A stretch of DNA of 64,000 nucleotides from an uncultured bacterium (GTDB lineage: Bacteria; Krumholzibacteriota; Krumholzibacteriia; Krumholzibacteriales; Krumholzibacteriaceae). Under the pieces are notes generated by a model. That model was not told the origin of the DNA. It did not search any database and saw only the letters and a list, made by a program, of their open reading frames with translations. The stretch's first letter is position 1. The number at the start of each line of letters is the position of its first letter. The position numbers were made by a program, and so were the translations under genes. The stretch is taken from NCBI GenBank assembly GCA_965371515.1, contig CBDUYR010000001.1, forward strand, positions 32,001-96,000, in the 5' to 3' direction. Of this stretch, positions 61,938-64,000 are shown piece by piece.

Positions 61938-62882
61938 ATGTTTCGCAAGGTGTTTCTCGGGTTGGTCGTAGTGATGATGCTGGCGCCCGGCATCGCTCAC
62001 GGCGGGACCGAGCCGTTCGAGAAAGTGGGCATGTACGCGGCTCAGTTTCTGAAGATCGGCGTATCGGCGAGAGCGGTCGGAATGGGTAGCGCGTATACGG
62101 CGGTCGCCGACGGCGCTACCGCGATCTACTGGAACCCGGCCGGTATGGTCGCGCAGACCAGGACGCAGGTCACTCTCAATACGGTCACGTGGCCGGCTGA
62201 CATCGACATTTATTTCGTCGCCGCGACGTTTTCCACTCCGTATCTCCCCGGAACCTGGGGAATCAGTGCGAGGGCCCTGACGATGGATCCGCAACTCGAG
62301 CGTACGATCTACATGCCCGAGGGGACGAACCGGTTCTTCGACGCTGGCGACATGTCCTTCGGACTGTCGTACGCGATGTGGTTCACCGACAGGTTCTCCG
62401 CCGGTATAACGGCCCATTTCATCCATATGGGCCTGGCCGACAAGAGCGTCCAGACAATGGCGTTCGACTTCGGCCTCCTCTACCGGATCGGTATCCAGGG
62501 CATGAAGCTTGGTATGATGATCCAGAGTCTCGGTTCCGAGGTCGACTTCGACGACCGGGCCTCCAAGATGCCGACCCTTTTCAAGGTGGGCCTGAGTGTG
62601 GATGCCTACAGGCGAGGCGCTCACGCTCTGCTCGCGTCCGGAGAGTTCGCCCATCCTTCCGACAACAAGGAGAGGCTGAACGTAGGGCTCGAGTACGGAT
62701 TCAACGAGTTCTTTTTTCTGCGTTCCGGATATAACATTGGGTACGATACGCAGGGTCTCGCGTGGGGTGTCGGATTCAATTTCGACACGAGCCAGACTTC
62801 CGATATCGGTTTCGATTACGCCTGGGAGGACCTTGCTTACCTCGGACAGGCTCACCGGTTCACCCTCAATTTCAGCTATTAG
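61938..62882 (+). CDS. PorV/PorQ-family (FadL-like) outer-membrane beta-barrel
   Basis: FLKIGVSARAVGMG.A..AVA....AIYWNPAG N-terminal signature; GLEY....F.LR.GY; ends HRFTLNFSY. Confidence 0.85.
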   Translation: MFRKVFLGLVVVMMLAPGIAHGGTEPFEKVGMYAAQFLKIGVSARAVGMGSAYTAVADGATAIYWNPAGMVAQTRTQVTLNTVTWPADIDIYFVAATFSTPYLPGTWGISARALTMDPQLERTIYMPEGTNRFFDAGDMSFGLSYAMWFTDRFSAGITAHFIHMGLADKSVQTMAFDFGLLYRIGIQGMKLGMMIQSLGSEVDFDDRASKMPTLFKVGLSVDAYRRGAHALLASGEFAHPSDNKERLNVGLEYGFNEFFFLRSGYNIGYDTQGLAWGVGFNFDTSQTSDIGFDYAWEDLAYLGQAHRFTLNFSY

Positions 62883-62923
62883 GCTGAGGAGAGGGCGCCG
62901 GGCCGCATGAGGCCCGGTCTGTT

Positions 62924-64000
62924 ATGAGAGAAATGCGAAATATCACAATGATGACGATGATTGTCCTGTTGCTGCTGGCGCCGGAAGCAGCAGGGCAAGT
63001 CGCAAGGGGGGAAGGTGATTTCGAGTTTTTCCTCGACATTTCCGCCATTCCCCTGGAGAACGGCAGGACCCTCGGGCTCTTCCATATCGCCGTTCCCATC
63101 AAGGAGATACATTACAAGGAAAAGGACGGATCGTTCGAGGCTGCGGTAAAAGTGGCCATCGTGCTGATGTGCGGCGATGAGAAGATCCACGAGAAGGGCC
63201 TTGTGATCAGGGATCAACGCGACACGAAGCCCCTGGTCAATGATCTTTCAGGATTCATCTACATGTCAGATTCCAGTTCCGTCGATCCGGGAAGCTACAC
63301 GATCAATGTCCGGATCGAGGATCTCAAGCGCAGGAAAAAGACCCTTATGGGCCTGGTCAATCGCAAACATTACTATTCGGAGATCAAGGACCTGGAGATA
63401 GAGATCGCCGGGTTTTCCCCGGACCGCGTGGCCCTCAGCGATCCGATGCTGATCTGGAGCCGCGAGAGCGGCGGGCGATACGTTCCTAATCCGATGCAGA
63501 TCTACGGGCTGAAGAACGATACCCTTTCGTTTTTCGCCAGCGGCCTTATGCCGGACGTGGATGTCCCCGATTCGGTCGAAGTCCACCTGTCCGTCCTCGA
63601 CTCGAAGGGAGAGACGATAGGCTCGAAGAGCGGTCTCATTTCGGTAAGGAACGGCAAGATACTGATCTTCGGATCGTTCGACGTCAACACATGGCCGGCG
63701 GGCAATTACATGGCAAGGGTGGAGGTGCTCCACGGCGGTGCGCTGAGAGCCACGTCGGCGAAGGAGTTCAGCGTCGCGTGGCAGCTGCTCAACTGGCAGA
63801 AGCCACGGAGGGATGTCCTGGTAGAGGCGAAGCTCCTCTTCAGGGATTCCGAATTCAACGAATTCCGCAGGATGAGTATCGGCGAACAGGAACGGGTACT
63901 GACCGCCTACTGGAAGAAGCTCGACCCGACGCCGCATACGGCGGTCAATGAACTGTATGAAATATTCCAGAACCGCGTAAGGTACGCCGACGCGAATTTT
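62924..64000 (+). CDS. GWxTD-domain exported protein (partial, runs off the right edge)
   Basis: Not in the ORF track. Hand translation gives a signal peptide ending APEAAG-Q, beta-rich domains, then YWKKLDPTPHTAVNELYEIFQNRVRYADANF, the first half of a GWxTD domain. Confidence 0.8.
   Translation, partial: MREMRNITMMTMIVLLLLAPEAAGQVARGEGDFEFFLDISAIPLENGRTLGLFHIAVPIKEIHYKEKDGSFEAAVKVAIVLMCGDEKIHEKGLVIRDQRDTKPLVNDLSGFIYMSDSSSVDPGSYTINVRIEDLKRRKKTLMGLVNRKHYYSEIKDLEIEIAGFSPDRVALSDPMLIWSRESGGRYVPNPMQIYGLKNDTLSFFASGLMPDVDVPDSVEVHLSVLDSKGETIGSKSGLISVRNGKILIFGSFDVNTWPAGNYMARVEVLHGGALRATSAKEFSVAWQLLNWQKPRRDVLVEAKLLFRDSEFNEFRRMSIGEQERVLTAYWKKLDPTPHTAVNELYEIFQNRVRYADANF

Overview
A gene-dense, GC-rich chromosomal segment from a diderm bacterium. 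Gene content (SprA, a PorV-like barrel, GWxTD proteins, T9SS-CTD-like domains, with sigma70-type promoters and Shine-Dalgarno sites) suggests a non-Bacteroidota FCB-group lineage such as Krumholzibacteriota/Latescibacterota; this is inference, not a database result. Left to right: partial GWxTD protein with lptG/lptF (minus); sprA overlapping a glutaminyl-cyclase-like M28 lipoprotein; rimP-nusA-infB-DUF503-rbfA-nrnA-truB-ribF-rpsO-pnp-M16 peptidase-dut-CE4 deacetylase; a minus-strand DUF4388 / TPR-membrane-Cys-cluster pair; asnS; a 1215-aa TPR protein; uvrA; gcvT-H-PA-PB plus a LipM-like enzyme; a peptide ABC transporter lacking a binding-protein gene; an orphan TrpR-family repressor next to a perfect 41-bp palindrome; tag; a lipoprotein with an internal CTD/FlgD-like domain; a nine-gene A/V-type ATPase with a Na+-type c subunit; and a TonB-receptor-like / CTD cargo / PorV-like / GWxTD cassette preceded by a 460-bp intergenic region with a diverged duplicated leader motif. 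No tRNA, rRNA, CRISPR array or mobile element was found. The strongest leads are the T9SS-like export system with a coupled glutaminyl cyclase and Gln+1 substrates, and the candidate regulatory RNAs at 55.8-56.2 kb and 45.2-45.4 kb. All calls come from reading motifs by eye; no searches or folding programs were run.
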